Notes under the pieces: generated by a model
The model's database searches: none
The model's input: only the letters and a program-made list of their open reading frames with translations
What the model was told of the DNA's origin: nothing
Translations under genes and position numbers: made by a program
Part shown: positions 42,814 through 44,446 of the stretch, one piece after another
Layout of the letters: every line of letters begins with the position of its first letter
How positions within the stretch are numbered: position 1 is the stretch's first letter
Source: an uncultured Collinsella sp.
Lineage (GTDB): Bacteria; Actinomycetota; Coriobacteriia; Coriobacteriales; Coriobacteriaceae
NCBI GenBank assembly: GCA_902489855.1
Contig: CABUBS010000001.1
Coordinates: forward strand, 1-44,446
Direction: 5' to 3'
DNA: 44,446 nt

Positions 42814-44446
42814 ATGAACGGAAGCCATTTTGACAAGCAGACCCAGCGCGAGCGCACTTGCTCGCTGGTTCACGGTTCGTGGAAACGGGCGGGTGCCAGG
42901 CTGGCGTGCGCCGGCGCGTGTGCGCTCATGGTCGGTCAGCTGCTACTGCCGAGTGTTGCCTTGGCAGCCGATTGGATCAACGTGGGCGGCACGCAGTACA
43001 ACGCGGGCGCTGTCGTCAGCGACGAGGCGGGCACGTGGTCTTGGAACGGCGGCGACGACATGCAGCTCAATGGCTATAACGGCGGCGGTATCAGCGCCGA
43101 GGGCAACCTCAACATCGGTGTGACCAACACCAACACCATTACGGCCGATGCCGGTCAGAGCGCCATCGAGGTCTCAGGCGGCAACCTTTCCATCACGGGC
43201 GACGGCACACTCAATGCGACGGGCCAGACCGATGTCATCACGGCCGCGGGTAACGGTATTACCGGTGGCGACGTCACCGTCGACGGGGCTACGGTCAACG
43301 TGACGGCGACGGGTACGGATGCAAATGGCGAGGAGTGCGAGAACGCCGAGGCCATAACTGCGTTTGGCGGCGACGTGACCATTAAAAACGGTGCGACTGT
43401 CGATGTGAAGGCAGGGCGCGCGGCGGGGTCCGGTGACGGGTATTACGGTTACGTGACGGGCATCTATGCCACTAACGGTGCACCTGGGGAAGACGGCGAG
43501 TTTGCATGGGAACATGACGGGCAGAGCAACAAAGGCGGCCGCGTATCGATCGGCTCCGGCTCAACGGTGACGGTCAAGGCCGAATCCACTCTGGAGTCTC
43601 AGGGAATTGTGTCCCGTGTCAACAACGGCGCAGCGCGTGTCGAAATTGCAGGCGATTCGCTCGTGACCGCGATTGCCGACGCTTCGGGCGGCAACTGGGG
43701 TGCCGTGGGTATCGAGGCGGCCGGAATGGGCGACGATGCCACTGCCGATATCATCATCGATGGGAAGAGCACGTTTGTGACTGCGATTGCCAGCGCCTCG
43801 AAAGATCGGTATTCCAAGGACACGTATGGTCTGCATACCAGCTCGGGGAGTGCGGTCGAGGGCGGAAGCATCCAAATTAAAAACGGTTCCGTTGTTGCCG
43901 AGGGCAGCGACGGAGCAATCGTCGCCGACAACTACACGACCGCCAACGGTCCTGCCGGCATGATTGTTATCGGCGAGGGCGGGAAGGTCGTGCTTCCTGC
44001 CAATGGCGTGGTGCGCGACTACCAAAAACTGGGCGCCCGCCCCATGGCGCTGGGCAACCGATTTGAATGTGCTGATTTTTGGGGACAGACGATTGGCGAG
44101 CCCGGCGAAGGCGTCCTGCGGGCCGATCGCGATGCGGACAAGATCGCCAAGGTCGCGCATATCGTATTCGACGGAGGTGCTACGCCTGCTCCCGATCCGA
44201 CACCGACTCCCAAGCCGCAGCCGGGAGGCGAGGGCTCGACGGGCACGACGGGGGCGACGACCCAAACTTCGACACAGACTGGTTCGGCCGTGAATGTAAA
44301 GCCTGCTGCCGCCAAGGTATCCGTCACGGCTTCGAAGGCGACGACTTCCGCTCTTGCGGCCACGGGCGATAGCGCCGCGTTGACCGTTGCCGCCATGGGC
44401 ATCGCTGGTGCCACGGTTGCGGCAGTTCGTATATGCGAACCCGCGT
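42814..44446 (+). CDS. Secreted Gly/Thr/Val-rich cell-wall anchored surface protein (no stop in window, at least 544 aa)
   Basis: SD GGGAGG, ATG 42814. Signal peptide ending VALA, repetitive beta-rich body, Pro/Thr linker, LAATG(D) at 44353-44367 followed by a hydrophobic segment. Absent from the ORF track because it is open-ended. Confidence 0.85.
   Translation, partial: MNGSHFDKQTQRERTCSLVHGSWKRAGARLACAGACALMVGQLLLPSVALAADWINVGGTQYNAGAVVSDEAGTWSWNGGDDMQLNGYNGGGISAEGNLNIGVTNTNTITADAGQSAIEVSGGNLSITGDGTLNATGQTDVITAAGNGITGGDVTVDGATVNVTATGTDANGEECENAEAITAFGGDVTIKNGATVDVKAGRAAGSGDGYYGYVTGIYATNGAPGEDGEFAWEHDGQSNKGGRVSIGSGSTVTVKAESTLESQGIVSRVNNGAARVEIAGDSLVTAIADASGGNWGAVGIEAAGMGDDATADIIIDGKSTFVTAIASASKDRYSKDTYGLHTSSGSAVEGGSIQIKNGSVVAEGSDGAIVADNYTTANGPAGMIVIGEGGKVVLPANGVVRDYQKLGARPMALGNRFECADFWGQTIGEPGEGVLRADRDADKIAKVAHIVFDGGATPAPDPTPTPKPQPGGEGSTGTTGATTQTSTQTGSAVNVKPAAAKVSVTASKATTSALAATGDSAALTVAAMGIAGATVAAVRICEPA

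Noticed and set aside
44081..44088. GGGGACAG inside coding sequence (also GGGACAG at 30701)
   Set aside because: No enclosing stem; treated as chance matches and excluded from the repeat family.

Overview
GC-rich Coriobacteriia chromosome segment, most like Collinsella; the taxon is inferred from gene content and codon usage. The backbone is housekeeping: 2 tRNA-Ser, rpsF-ssb-rpsR-rplI, dnaB, purA, purD, a NUDIX hydrolase, an ABC exporter, carAB, purE, a class B sortase, MoaE, purF-purM-purN, a PrsA-like foldase, YqeY and a polar amino-acid ABC importer. An ~11 kb accessory block lies between carB and purE. It holds a truncated EamA, a YhcG/DUF1016 nuclease, a TA remnant, and a beta-glucoside/chito-oligosaccharide PTS cluster (two GH1 genes, RpiR, ChbG, ROK) with several inactivating lesions. 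The window ends with a multi-pass membrane LuxR regulator divergent from a sortase-anchored surface protein that the ORF track misses. No CRISPR array, integrase or transposase was seen. The most notable unexplained structure is non-coding. (i) About a dozen intergenic hairpins share a constant GGGACRG loop but have unrelated stems. (ii) A direct-repeat-flanked cassette carries 4x19-bp tandem repeats and nested inverted repeats. (iii) An inverted copy of a tRNA T-arm lies just downstream of its tRNA. (iv) A 53-bp template-switch-type insertion frameshifts purF. All family assignments come from recognised motifs, not database searches.
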